From contig OZ076417.1 of the NCBI GenBank assembly GCA_964187785.1, positions 17,050,001-17,114,000 of the forward strand: a DNA stretch of 64,000 nucleotides, in the 5' to 3' direction. The position numbers and the translations under genes are program-made. Of the stretch, positions 1-11,994 are shown piece by piece; the stretch's first letter is position 1, and every line of letters starts with the position of its first letter. A model generated the notes under the pieces. It was not told the origin of the DNA and did no database searches. It worked only from the letters and a program-made list of their open reading frames with translations. The stretch is from Amphiscolops sp. MND2022 (Eukaryota).

Positions 1-480
1 ACGTTTTTGAAAAAAAATCCGTGGTCTTGGTGCTTCTTTTTCATACAACACAATCCGCTCCCAATATTCAAAAGTGAACCTACGAAAAAAATCCACGACA
101 AAATTGTGCTTCGAGGAAGTCTCTTGCGTGAGAATTTGATGTTTTCTCAAACCACCAACAGTGTTTAGATCCTCCAACCTCACATTTAGGACAAAAAATT
201 GTTTGTGGTTTTGGCGCTTCTTTTCCGCGCCCACAATGCGCTCCCAATATTCAAAAGTGCACCTGAGAAATAATCGATGACAAAATTGTGTTTTGAGAGA
301 GTCTAGTGCAAGCGTATATGCGAAATTCTTAGAACCCCCCCCCCCTCAGAGATGTTTAGATCCCCTAATTTCTCATTAAAGAAGTTTGTCCAGATTTTTG
401 ATTTCCTACGATAGGTTTTTCTATTTCCTACGACAAAATCCATTCCATTTTTTTGAATTTGAACCTGCGAAAAAATCAAG
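1..480. repeat. About 183-bp degenerate tandem repeat
   Basis: CTCCCAATATTCAAAAGTG at about 58 and 241. Confidence 0.65.
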
Positions 481-607
481 GACAAAATTGTGTCTGAATG
501 AAGTCCCCTGCTTGTGTACATGCTACATTCGTGAACCCCCGAAGGCATCTAGAGCCTGTCATTTCACATTTATGAAGAAATTTCAACCTGAAGTTTGGTG
601 TTTTTTA

Positions 608-1235
608 TTAGTCGGCGCATTTTCCTTTAAGGAAAAAAGCCCGACTATTACAGTGGCTAGTTTTTTTTCTTTTTTTTCGTTAGACCACAGAGCTCATCGC
701 GTATGTACCACTTTTTACAGAAACTGATAAGTTCACTCAGGCCAAGTTCCACCAATGCAAACTTACTGCAAAGGGTCCCCCTTTCGTTTTTTACCTTTTT
801 TACGTAACCTACAAAACCGGAAGACTCCAAAGGGTCCCCCCTTTCAATTTTTTTTCGGCACTGTGCGAATTTTTTTTTCGAAAATTTTTAATTTTTCAAA
901 AGAGTCCCCCCTTCGGATTTTTTGATATTTTGCAACAGAAAGTATGTTAATGAATCCCAAAGGGCCCCCCTTTTCATTTTTCGGCACTATGCGACGTTTT
1001 CGAAGTTTTTTTCAAAAAAAAATTTTTTCAAAAAAATATTCAAAAAAATTTTCAAAAATTTTTTCGTTTCCAGTCGAGAAAAGTGATTTTCCAGTCATAT
1101 CGAGCATGAAAGGCACACTTTGGGTGTCTCGAAAGTGTTTTCAAAGCTTTTCATGAAGACATCCTGGGCATATTCAGAAAACTGAGCTTTTTGAGCCTTA
1201 GATATAGCGCCGACTTTAGATGTTCCCGTCTTGTT
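608..1235 (+). mobile_element. Helentron/HINE-like non-autonomous element
   Basis: T-rich site, 5' AGTCGGCGC within a TAGTCG..CGACTA hairpin, internal 60-bp subrepeats, 3' GCGCCGACT followed by a small hairpin and TGTT. Confidence 0.7.
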
Positions 1236-1304
1236 TCTACTTCATACAACCTTATACGTTATCTGTTCCCTATTTTCAAAGGTACACCTACTAAAAAACA
1301 AAGT

Positions 1305-1445
1305 AAAATATAGTATAGTATATTACAATATGTATTGTATGGTATAGTACAGCATAGTATGGTGAAGTATATTATAGTATAGTATAGTGTGGTATAGTAT
1401 AGTATAGTTAAGTATAATTTCCTGTGTAGTTAAGTATGGTATAAA
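1305..1445. repeat. Degenerate (TAGTA)n microsatellite
   Basis: Visible pentanucleotide periodicity. Confidence 0.8.
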
Positions 1446-4400
1446 AATAAAATAATAGAATACGTATCGTGGACTAAATCAGAAAACATAATATAGAAAA
1501 AGGAAATTATATAATATACCGTTGAAGTAAACTACATGTTATAAATGTTGGCAAGACTGTCTGAATTTTCGTCAAATGTATTCTTGAGCTAATTTTTACT
1601 TTCCGTCAATTTGATTTTCTGGATTCTCGAAAAAAAACCTTAACAAGTAAAAAAATTCTTCTTCATAATACTTTCAAGTAGGAAATAAGCAAAAGCAACC
1701 TTCACATCCGATATTCGAATGAAACTTGAAAGAAGATTATGGAGCGATGCAAACGGAACTATTGCCTCGGAGTTTGAATGAAGTATAGCGGCTGAACTTC
1801 ATCCAGTGAAAATTGATAGCGCGGCGGACAAACGAGGTATTTCAAAATGTCAAAAAGTACATCAATTCCGAATTTCAATTTGCAGTGTCATATTGAAACC
1901 TTAATAGTTCGAATAACTTTGACTTGCCGTTCCGGACCGTTTCCTAGGTCTCTGGTAGCCACAAATATTTTATTCAATGAAAACCCGAAGGTCTGGTATA
2001 GGTGAAGAGTAGTTATGAAGGGCTTAAGAATCCCTAGTCAATATCTTGCTAGGCGAAATGAATACGGAAATCTAATTAGATCTTCAACTACTGTTGGCAA
2101 AATGCAACACAGGTCCCGACTTGCAATTATAGGGTTCGTTTTTCTTACGCTGGATATTTTCACTTTTCCACCGATCGTGGGAAAGTGTCGAAAACCAGCG
2201 TTTGACAACCCAAACTCTTTCATTGTGAGCAAAAAATACTTTGTAAGATAATAGCAGTAGGGCCTTCTTCATGAACTCACGACAAAGGAAAGCGTTTCGC
2301 AATTTTCCATGGCCGCGCAATCATAAGGTGCGGTGCAGGGCTTTCCTTTCGATCGATTCAGAGACAGGCAGATCGATTCCTTGGAAGGAAGGGTGTTGCA
2401 ACGTTTGGGCCTCAGTCTTCTTTTCCAGGGTTGCCCCAGGAGTCCCATCTTGCACTACTGCTCGGATTTAGGTAAATCGTATACACACTCCCAGATATGT
2501 TGACTTTCAAAAATGACACTGTCGAAAGATGAAAGATCTAGAACTTCATAGTTTTGAAGAAACCTGCAATTGCATTTCAACCTGATCTGGCATTGATTAG
2601 GTTCTGAGAGTGTGTTCAGTGATGCTGGCGTTCTATTCTCTCATTTTCTAATGAGGAAAACACTGGTAGTGCGATGCCATTCGACACCGTCGGATTATGT
2701 AGAGAGGAAGTATGGTTGGTCCCTGACCCAGTTTGCATTTTTGATAGTCTGAGATCTTGGTTCTGGGTGCCTCCTAAGGAGGGTTCACTCGGAAGAAGGC
2801 CGAGGCTAGCTATCGTTTTGCAAGCTGTCACCCTATCCCGAGGGCTTAGCGACGTATCTTTGGAGGGAGACTTCTTTGGTTCGTGGGACAATACGCTACA
2901 CAGTGGGCAACTACGGCGTAAGCGAGTTCTTTGCGCATTTGGTGCTCTACACCAATGTACACGCGCTGGATACGGGTCACGCCCGTTTTCCCTAGGTTCG
3001 GTCACGAGCGTCATTTTGCCGGTGTTTTTTTCCGACAAAGCAAAGAAAACACTGATAAAAAGCCATTGGAGATGAAAAACCATTTTTCAAACTGTTGGTT
3101 CTCAATGTGCAACAAATCGTAACGAGAAATGTTTCTCAGTGAAGTTTTCTGGATGTGTAAATATCTTTTTGAATCTCGGGAAATATTTATAGCCTGCTAA
3201 TTCACATCAAAGAAAAGTTTGTTCATAAGTTATTTCTTGGTTTCGAGCCGACGCTAAAAACGGGTCACGGCGTTCTTCCCTAAATTTGGATACGCTCTTC
3301 ATTTTGCCGGCATTTTTCCCGACAAAATTAAATTGTTGCAATCAATTCGGTAAACGTTGACTTTTAATTGACTTTTGAGAACTGAGCGAAGGTCACTTTG
3401 TTCAAAAATGTGCATTTCTCTTAGTTATTCACTAACCAAATTATGAAAGTTCACCTACGAAGGGAAAATCAATGAACAAGCCACAACAGCAATTGTTTTT
3501 TTTTCGGGAAAATTGGAACTTCAGTCACTTCTGGTAAAGTCACCGAAAGCGACAACCGTCTAGTAGTTTAACAAAAGGTCATATTGAAATAGCGATGACA
3601 CGCTTTGAAGAAACACTGGATTCGAAACTCAATGAACTGATAAAACGCTTAATTTCCACGTTAGCGTCGGATTTTTGTCATCTATTGGCATGTCCATTCC
3701 AATGATTTTTTTCTCAAGGCTAGGCAATGACATTCAGGTTAGGATTCATTTAGGTCTATATAAGACTCCGCCACTTTCAGTTCAGACCCTTTCCCACAAG
3801 GCTGGCTCAAGGACGTCCGTCGCGGTTGACGTGGTCTATGTTATCGAACCAAGCCAACCAACAGCATGCTTTCACCACATCGGCTGCGCTCGTCAATGAT
3901 GGACGTCATTTTACGGAAGCTCACATCGAGTAAACTTAGGTCTTTTACCCAAATTCGGCCCACCTCCTCCACTTATTCATTTTTATAGTTTGTATATAGT
4001 AGTAGTTTCGAATGAAAATAGTGTAGATAAAGTGTATAAAGTGCATTATGTTCTGTTTAGTGTGAAAATTGTAAATAGTTTTTTTGAATGTAGTTTTGAT
4101 TTTTAATTAATAGGATGTCTTTTCCATGATGGTTACGTTTTCGTTCGCCAAGTTCGGCCCACCTCTTCCACTTTGCCAATATCAAAAATGCAGACAGCTT
4201 TGATGACTGTTCAACCAGTAAAGGCATTGCTGTTATATCGTAACCTTCACCTTCGTCTCTGGTTTCTTTGTTTCCCTCGAGACGAGGAAGTTTCCTGCCA
4301 ACTCCAGAAGTTCCGGGTTCATTGAGTTCAATCCAGTGTGTTCTAATATTCCTAACTTTCCTTACTGACTAATGTTACTAAACTTTTGTTTATTCCGACT

Positions 4401-4744
4401 CGACTTTTTATATTCTGACTCGAGTTTGTAACCTTTTACATTTTGTGTTATGTAATGTTTAAACTGTAATGTTCAAATGCAGCTGAACGAACAGAACACT
4501 TTCTCGATGAACCAACCAAGTGGTTTCTGGACGGCTGACCAGGCAAGGTAGACAACATCACTTCTCGGTTTCAGTCGCAGATGTGTTCACAGAAGTGACG
4601 GATCTTGTTGTTCAAAATATAAAGTTTCCAAATAACGTTCTTCTCAAACATTCGAACTGAAGATAAACTTCAATCAATCAAAACTTCGAGACTGTGAATT
4701 GATTGTGTTTTTGTATTGTGTTGTTCACTCCAATCTGTCTGACT

Positions 4745-5020
4745 TTACCTAGTCATGTTTGCTTACAGGCTTCTACCACTCCGAATGCCGGTGCTGGGCT
4801 CTTCGCCAGCAGAACACTTCCGTCATCGATTATCATGGAAAGTACGTCAACCAGAGCTCAGCCCGTGCAAGAAAAGGTGCGGACGAAACATACATGGAGT
4901 TACCAGCGTTCAGTAACTTTTTTAAATATTGATGCCACAAAGAGAAGCTAGTGTCATCAAGTTTCACCAAAATGGCGCTTTGTTAATCATTCTCATAAGC
5001 AAGCTAATTTATTTCCTGTC
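4745..5020 (+). pseudogene. Degenerate SET-domain segment (copy A)
   Basis: VCLQASTTPNAGAGLFASRTL...IDATKRS*...WRFVNHSHKQANLFPV, i.e. the GxG/GLFA and RFINHS..N motifs; internal stop. Confidence 0.65.
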
Positions 5021-5854
5021 TTGTTCTCTATCATCATCTTTTCCATAGTTATTCTTTTCTTCTCGATTTATAAAAAATAGGGAGGAGCTTATCTTTTCTT
5101 ACTCCCCCATAATAAATTCGGTGCTAATTTGTAAATATCAGAAAAGTATAACAATAATAGCCTTGAGCATGATTTAGTATAGTATAGTAGTAGTATAGAA
5201 AAATAGCGTTAAGCATAGTATTGTATATTAGTAGTAAAGAAGAGTATAGTATATGTAGTTTGTGAATATTGTTCTAAGAAACCCTTCATTTTTATAGTTT
5301 GTATATAGCAGTAGTTTCGAGAGAATATATCGTAGATAAAAGTGTATAGAGTGCTTTATGTTGTGTATAAGGTGGAATTTGTAAATAGTTTTATGCAGTT
5401 TTAATTTTGAATTAATAGGATGCTTTTCCATGTTGGTTACGTTTTCGTTCGCAAAGTTGGGCATAGCTTCTCCACTTTGCCAATATAAAAAATGCAGACA
5501 GCTTTGATCACTGTTCAACAAGTAAAGGCATTGCTTCGGAAGTTCATTGAGTTCAATCCAGTATGTTCTAATATTTCCAACGTTCCTTACTGACTAATGT
5601 TCTTAAACATTTGCTCATTCTGACTCGCCTTTATATACTGACTCGAACTTGTAACCTTTTCATGTTGTTATGTAATGTTTGAACTGTAATGTTTAAATGC
5701 AGCTGAACGAACAGAACACTTTCTCGACGAACCAAGAGAGTGGTTCCTGGACAGCTGCCCAGGCGAGATTTGAAAGATTCCAGGTACTTCGTAAGCTGTG
5801 TCCTACCTTCTACTGGAAGGTTTCACTAAGTGTTGGTATTCCAGAATTTTATAA

Positions 5855-6413
5855 ATGGTGCTTTCAGGCCTTGACGAATCCGTGACAATACTGCTGGCTG
5901 GAAAGAACTTGATTTTGTACTCCAGCAGCAAATCGAAAAGCCAGCAGCTCGTCCGGTTGCTAACCTCGGTGAAGGCCTTCATGAGCTTCCAGGAAAACCA
6001 ACAGTCGAGGTGTCTTCCACTACATGCAGCCAGGAGAGATGATCTTCCAGCCCAGCAATTGCGCTCATGCTGTCTCAACCCTTTCTCGAAGACGTTCGGC
6101 AATTACTGGCTGGGAGGGCTGCGACAGAGGTGACCCACGCCGAGTAACTGTTCGAAAAAGTACCTGTCAGTGGAAACCAGTTGTGGGGTGCATGCTAGCT
6201 CTCACGACAAGTCGTTTGCGTCGAGAGACAGGATTGTCCGAGGGCAAGAAGAAAAATCCTGAAGACTCCCAAATGGAATTCACAGACCACATTAGTCGAT
6301 TGTGTGTACATTTTGATATGAGAAATTTTGAGCTCCCTCGAACTGCTGGCACGAGGAGCGCCTCTCGCAATGTGGCAGCTGAAGGAACAGAACACTTCGT
6401 AGATGAAGCATAG
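5855..6413 (+). pseudogene. Degenerate JmjC-domain segment (copy B)
   Basis: SGLDESVTILLAGKNLILY, then after a frameshift GVFHYMQPGEMIFQPSNCAHAVSTL, matching the JmjC C-terminal QxPGExIFxP...HxV motif; HxD not intact. Confidence 0.7.
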
Positions 6414-6639
6414 TGGTTCCTGGACGGCTGCCCAGGCGAGGTGTACAACATTACTCCTCGGTTTCAGTCGCAGATGTGTTCACAGAAGTGGCGGAACTTG
6501 CTGTTCAAAATGAATTTTCTAAATAACGTTCTTTTCAAACTGTCAAAATGAAGAAAAACTACGATCAATCAAAACTTCCAGACAATTTTTTGTTTTTGTA
6601 TTTTGTTCACTCCAATCTGTCTGACTTTACCTAGTCATC

Positions 6640-6900
6640 TGCTTACAGGCTTCTACAATTCCAAATGCCGGTGCTGGGCTCTTCGCCAGAAGAACACTTC
6701 CATCATCGATTATCATGGGAAGTACGTCCGCCAGAGCTCAGCCTGTGCAAGAAGCAGTGCGGACGAAACATACATGGAGTTACCAGCGTTCAGTAACTTT
6801 TTTAAATATTGATGCCACAAAGAGAAGCTAGTGTCATCAAGTTTCACCAAAATGGCGCTTTGTTAATCATTCTCATAAGCAAGCTAATTTATTTCCTGTC
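6640..6900 (+). pseudogene. Degenerate SET-domain segment (copy B)
   Basis: STIPNAGAGLFARRTL; alternate frame IDYHGKYV...DETYMELP; then IDA...RFVNHSHKQANL. Confidence 0.65.
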
Positions 6901-7735
6901 TTGTTCTCTATCATCATCTTTTCCATAGTTATTCTTTTCTTCTCGATTTATAAAAAATAGGGAGGAGCTTATCTTTTCTTACTCCCCCATAATAAATTCG
7001 GTGCTAATTTGTAAATATCAGAAAGTATAACAATAATAGCCTTGAGCATGATTTAGTATAGTATAGTAGTAGTATAGAAAAATAGCGTTAAGCATAGTAT
7101 TGTATAGTAGTAGTAAAGAAGAGTATAGTATTTGTAGTTTGTGAATATTGTTCTAAGAAACCCTTCATTTTTATAGTTTGTATATAGCAGTAGTTTCGAG
7201 AGAATATATCGTAGATAAAAGTGTATAGAGTGCTTTATGTTGTGTATAAGGTGGAATTTGTAAATAGTTTTATGCAGTTTTAATTTTGAATTAATAGGAT
7301 GCTTTTCCATGTTGGTTACGTTTTCGTTCGCAAAGTTGGGCACAGCTTCTCCACTTTGCCAATATAAAAAATGCAGACAGCTTTGATCACTGTTCAACAA
7401 GTAAAGGCATTGCTTCGGAAGTTCATTGAGTTCAATCCAGTATGTTCTAATATTTCCAACGTTCCTTACTGACTAATGTTCTTAAACATTTGCTTATTCT
7501 GACTCGCCTTTTTATATACTGACTCGAACTTGTAACCTTTTCATGTTGTTATGTAATGTTTGAACTGTAATGTTTAAATGCAGCTGAACGAACAGAACAC
7601 TTTCTCGACGAACCAAGAGAGTGGTTCCTGGACAGCTGCCCAGGCGAGATTTGAAAGATTCCAGGTACTTCGTAAGCTGTGTCCTACCTTCTACTGGAAG
7701 GTTTCACTAAGTGTTGGTATTCCAGAATTTTATAA

Positions 7736-8294
7736 ATGGTGCTTTCAGGCCTTGACGAATCCGTGACAATACTGCTGGCTGGAAAGAACTTGATTTTGTA
7801 CTCCAGCAGCAAATCAAAAAGCCAGCAGCTCGTCCGGTTGCTAACCTCGGTGAAGGCCTTCATGAGCTTCCAGGAAAACCAACAGTCGAGGTGCCTTCCA
7901 CTACATGCAGCCAGGAGAGATGATCTTCCAGCCCAGCAATTGCGCTCATGCTGTCTCAACTCTTTCTCGAAGACGTTCGGCAATTACTGGCTGGGAGGGC
8001 TGCGACAGAGGTGACCCACGCCGAGTAACTGTTCGAAAAAGTACCTGTCAGTGGAAACCAGTTGTGGGGTGCATGCTAGCTCTCACGACAAGTCGTTTGC
8101 GTCGAGAGACAGGATTGTCCGAGGGCAAGAAGAAAAATCCTGAAGACTCCCAAATGGAATTCACAGACCACATTAGTCGATTGTGTGTACATTTTGATAT
8201 GAGAAATTTTGAGCTCCCTCGAACTGCTGGCACGAGGAGCGCCTCTCGCAATGTGGCAGCTGAAGGAACAGAACACTTCGTAGATGAAGCATAG
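7736..8294 (+). pseudogene. Degenerate JmjC-domain segment (copy C)
   Basis: Near-identical to 5855-6413. Confidence 0.7.
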
Positions 8295-8483
8295 TGGTTC
8301 CTGGACGGCTGCCCAGGCGAGGTGTACAACATTACTCCTCGGTTTCAGTCGCAGATGTGTTCACAGAAGTGGCGGAACTTGCTGTTCAAAATGAATTTTC
8401 TAAATAACGTTCTTTTCAAACTGTCAAAATGAAGAAAAACTACGATCAATCAAAACTTCCAGACAATTTTTTGTTTTTGTATT

Positions 8484-8897
8484 TTGTTCACTCCAATCTG
8501 TCTGACTTTACCTAGTCATGTTTGCTTACAGGCTTCTACCACTCCGAATGCCGGTGCTGGGCTCTTCGCCAGCAGAACACTTCCGTCATCGATTATCATG
8601 GAAAGTACGTCAACCAGAGCTCAGCCCGTGCAAGAAAAGGTGCGGACGAAACATACATGGAGTTACCAGCGTTCAGTAACTTTTTTAAATATTGATGCCA
8701 TTGACAGAAACTACTGCCATCAAGTTTTACCAAAAGGGCGCTTTATTGATCATTCTCATAAGAAAGGTAATCTACTTCCTGTCTCGTTTTCTATCATCTT
8801 CTTTCCCGTTGTTATTTTCTTTTATTCTTGTTTTATTAAAAAAGTGGGAGCTTTTCTTTCTCTCTCCCCCCATCATAAATTCGGTGCTATTTTGTAA
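8484..8897 (+). pseudogene. SET-domain-like ORF (copy C, least disrupted)
   Basis: 137-aa ORF holds both PNAGAGLFA and IDA...KGRFIDHSHKKGNLLPV in one frame; no ELxxDY motif within the ORF. Confidence 0.65.
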
Positions 8898-9959
8898 TTG
8901 TTTGTAAATATTAGAATAGTATGGATTATTAATAGCGTTAAGCATAGTACACTATAGCATACAGTTTAGAACAATATAATTTTGTAGTTTGTATAAATTT
9001 TTTAAACCCGTTTTTTATTTCAAAAGTTTATATAAAGAAGTAGTTTTTAGTATTTGTTTCGAGTGTATGTAGTGTAGATATAGTGATTATACTGGATTGT
9101 TCTGTATGGTGTAAAAATTGAACATTGTTGTTCAAATGCTGTTTTAATTTAGGTATTTGACGTTTTTCCCATGTTGGTAACGTTTTCGTCAATTTGGCCG
9201 TCTCTCTAAAACGTGATCTACCGATGCCTTGTCAGAAATTATTTTTGATTTACAGTGGATAGTCCCACAAGAGCTTCAATTCCTAGATATACAGGTAGTT
9301 ACAATAACAGAAATTTGTTGGACATGTCGGGAAAAGGTCAACAGTTTGCTTCCATGGACTGCAATTCAGCGACTCCCACTAGTCACCGATGAAAACAACC
9401 CCAAATAAGTTCAACATAAACCTTCACCCGGAATCAATTAGTTTCAAGGACCTATACGAAGTTCTCGCTTACAGAGCTCTTGACAACACTAGACAACAGA
9501 GCTCTTGACAACAGAGCTCTTGATCCACTACTGGAAGAATTGCTGTGACACATGAAACTCTAATGGCACGCACATGATTTTTTTCAACTTCTTTCAACCT
9601 TTTCACTGTATTAGGTTATTCACTACAATAAAACTTATGCATTCAATGTTTATTCATTGAATGAGAAAGGCCGCAGACCGCCAGCAATATTATTAAAAGT
9701 TGGCCGAAGAGCGCTTGTAGAAAATTAAAAATGTTGAGTTGATCAAAAGAAAATTTCAAATTTAGATAGAGGCAAGTGAACTTCCTTTGTTTAGGATCCC
9801 CCTAAATTTAATTCTCACACTTATAGTCACTGCCGAACAAAATATCTGAATTTTTCAGTATCACGACAAGAATTTTACAGAAAGAAAGTAGACATCTTGA
9901 GATTTCAATATTATTCCTGATACTGCAGAAATATTAGTAACAGATTTCTTAAAAAATGC

Positions 9960-10670
9960 TTCCGGTGACTGCTCCTTAACATCCGTTTGTTGAACTTTTG
10001 TAAAGTATACCACTCTGAAAGTGATATGGTTCAATGTAACTTCAAAAATTTATCGGTAGCAAACTCTCCAACGAAGCGAAGGTAACAATGACACAACTCT
10101 GAAAACGTTTGATGAAAAAAAATTCCACAATTTCCGAACTTCAAAAACCTGGCTCCAGTGATTCTTCGTTATTTTCCTTTTGTTGAAAGTTCGTTAATAA
10201 GGGCACTCCAAAAGCGATATGGTTGGAGGGACCTTCGAAAATTCATCAAAAACAAACTTCGAAATGAAGTGAAATCGAACATTGTCACAATTCTGAACAT
10301 TTTTGATGAAACAAAAAAACAACATACCCGATTTCTTGAAAAACTGCTTCCAGTGACTCTTCCTTAATTTCGATTTGTTGAACTTTTGTAAAGTATTCCA
10401 CTCCCAAAGTGATATGGTTCAATGGAACTTCGAAAATTCATCGGTAACGAACTTTGAAATGAAGTGAAGGTGAACACTGACACAACTTTGAAAACGTTTC
10501 ATGAAACAAATTACCACATTTTCCGATATTCAAAATCCTGCCTCCCTCGAGGGATTCTTTCTTAGTATCCGATTGTTGAAATTTTGTTTAAAAAGAGCAC
10601 TCCAGAAGTGATATATGGTTGGAGGGACCTTCGAAAATTCATCAAAAACAAATTTCGAAATAGTAAAATG
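9960..10670. repeat. About 195-bp satellite, 4 copies with alternating (dimeric) structure
   Basis: G(T/C)GATATGGTT at 10021, 10214, 10409 and 10608 (the last with an extra AT); copy 1 resembles 3 and copy 2 resembles 4. Confidence 0.8.
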
Positions 10671-10756
10671 CGCTTCTTGTAAATTTGACATTCTGGAGAA
10701 AATCAAGGTCGAATTTGAGTACAACAACCGTGGAATAGCATTTTTCAAGCGGTGAT

Positions 10757-11047
10757 TGTTTAGTGATCAACTAAATTGTTAAACTGGAGAATCAAAACCA
10801 GAGGTGAGGTTAAGAATCAATTGAAGTTTGCGTCTTCTATCTATGGCGGTATGAAAGAAGTGAAAGGAGCTCGAGAGCTATATATTATTTACAAACAATA
10901 CCGGTCGATGGCTGTAGTTTTTAGGAGGCTTAAATCATTTGTAAACAAACATGTCAATCAAACTGCACAAATGTAAGTGTCAATCAAAGATGTCAGTGAC
11001 GTATTAGTAAACATCATGTCATTCAAAATTAGATGTGGCAGTGAACA
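10757..11047 (-). repeat. 3' LTR of BEL/Pao element
   Basis: Copy of 17643-17933 (the same 66-aa ORF appears at the same offset in the ORF track); preceded in element sense by purine-rich AAGGCGGCCGGTA; outer side flanked by GTGAT. Confidence 0.95.
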
Positions 11048-11060
11048 TACCGGCCGCCTT
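11048..11060 (-). promoter_or_regulatory. Polypurine-tract-like site of BEL element
   Basis: AAGGCGGCCGGTA immediately precedes the 3' LTR TGT in element sense. Confidence 0.65.
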
Positions 11061-11093
11061 GGACCACTAGGTGCAAAAGTTAATGAGTTTCAG

Positions 11094-11994
11094 ATGAAAA
11101 TGTCAAGGAATGTAAATGTTGAGACAGTGAAGGAAGCTGTGAAAATTCTGGAAGATGCAGTTGGAGGAGTTGGGGTCAATCACAGGTTGCCCATCAAGAC
11201 GGTTCATGAAATTGAGCAGGATCCTACAAAGCCAGCTGTCGTCATCGAGCCTGTCATGAGATATCTGGAGGCGCGATTTGAAGAGTCGTCTCGAACGGCA
11301 TCAACCCAATCCTCTATTTTGAAGGACTTCGAGTTTAGAGTAAGGCACCGGTGGGGAGCATTTGGAGAGTGCAGTGTATTTGAAGGCCGGCTATCCTCGC
11401 ACACCAGTCGAAAGATTCTATCAGCTGCTTCAAGATGTGTTATTCGATATCGAACCTGGCAATAAATCTCTTTGTCACGTTGGTGATGCTCAACTTCTGT
11501 GGAATGACAGCTGTGCCTTCTCTCAATGGCACGCTGATTTGAAGGACAGAACTGTTGCTGTCTGGTCACAGTTGCAAAGAGGTAGAAAGTTGTGGTTTGT
11601 GGCTCCTGGAAGGCGTAGCTTGAGTTGGTTTGTGGGATCGTATCGACGGGACCTATTTACATGGGCTGGGGAACTCAAGAGAAAATGGCCAGAGCGTCTA
11701 CAGTGTCATGTCCAGCTTCCGGGTGAGGTCATCTACCTTCCACCTGGTTGTGCACACTGTGTCCTGTCACCTGAGGCGTCCACATTGTTGTCGTTCCATA
11801 TTGAGCTCCCAGAGGTGATTTTGTATCCACGAACCGAGGCTGCTCTGAAGAGAATTCTGCCTGATACAGATGAAAGCCAGGATGAGTTTGAGCGGCCCAC
11901 AACACAGGGATCTTCCAAATCCAAATCTGTGCGAAAGGGTCGACAGTTGCCGAAGAGAAAAAGGAAGTTCTGTCGTGATAATTCTAAACGCTGA
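11094..11994 (+). CDS. JmjC-domain Fe(II)/2-oxoglutarate oxygenase (JMJD6/JMJD4-like motif spacing), antisense cargo of the BEL element; one frame switch or short intron near 11340-11390
   Basis: ORF 11362-11994 has FSQWHAD (H 11530, D 11536), GRKLWFVAP (K 11587) and QLPGEVIYLPPGCAHCV (H 11755), plus a basic tail RKGRQLPKRKRKF. The upstream frame is open from ATG 11094 (MKMSRNV...DPTKPAVVIEP). Confidence 0.85.

Larger units (their letters stand above)
3980..9200 (+). repeat. Tandem array of about 3 copies of a 1.3-1.9 kb JmjC/SET-bearing unit (period 1881 between copies B and C)
   Basis: Identical ORFs at 5697/7578, 6024/7905 and 6167/8048. Copy A (about 3980-5290) lacks the JmjC segment; a partial fourth start lies at about 9010-9200. 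Confidence 0.92.

Noticed and set aside
1990-3100. GC-richer stretch with several 60-155 aa ORFs
   Set aside because: No recognisable domain in any frame; may be a decayed TE but cannot be supported by eye.
10776-10976. 66-aa ORF repeated at 17662-17862
   Set aside because: Lies wholly within the LTRs, starts at TTG, and has no recognisable motif.
11094-11994. env-like third ORF interpretation of the BEL extra ORF
   Set aside because: Antisense to gag-pol, with no signal peptide or transmembrane segment and clear JmjC motifs.
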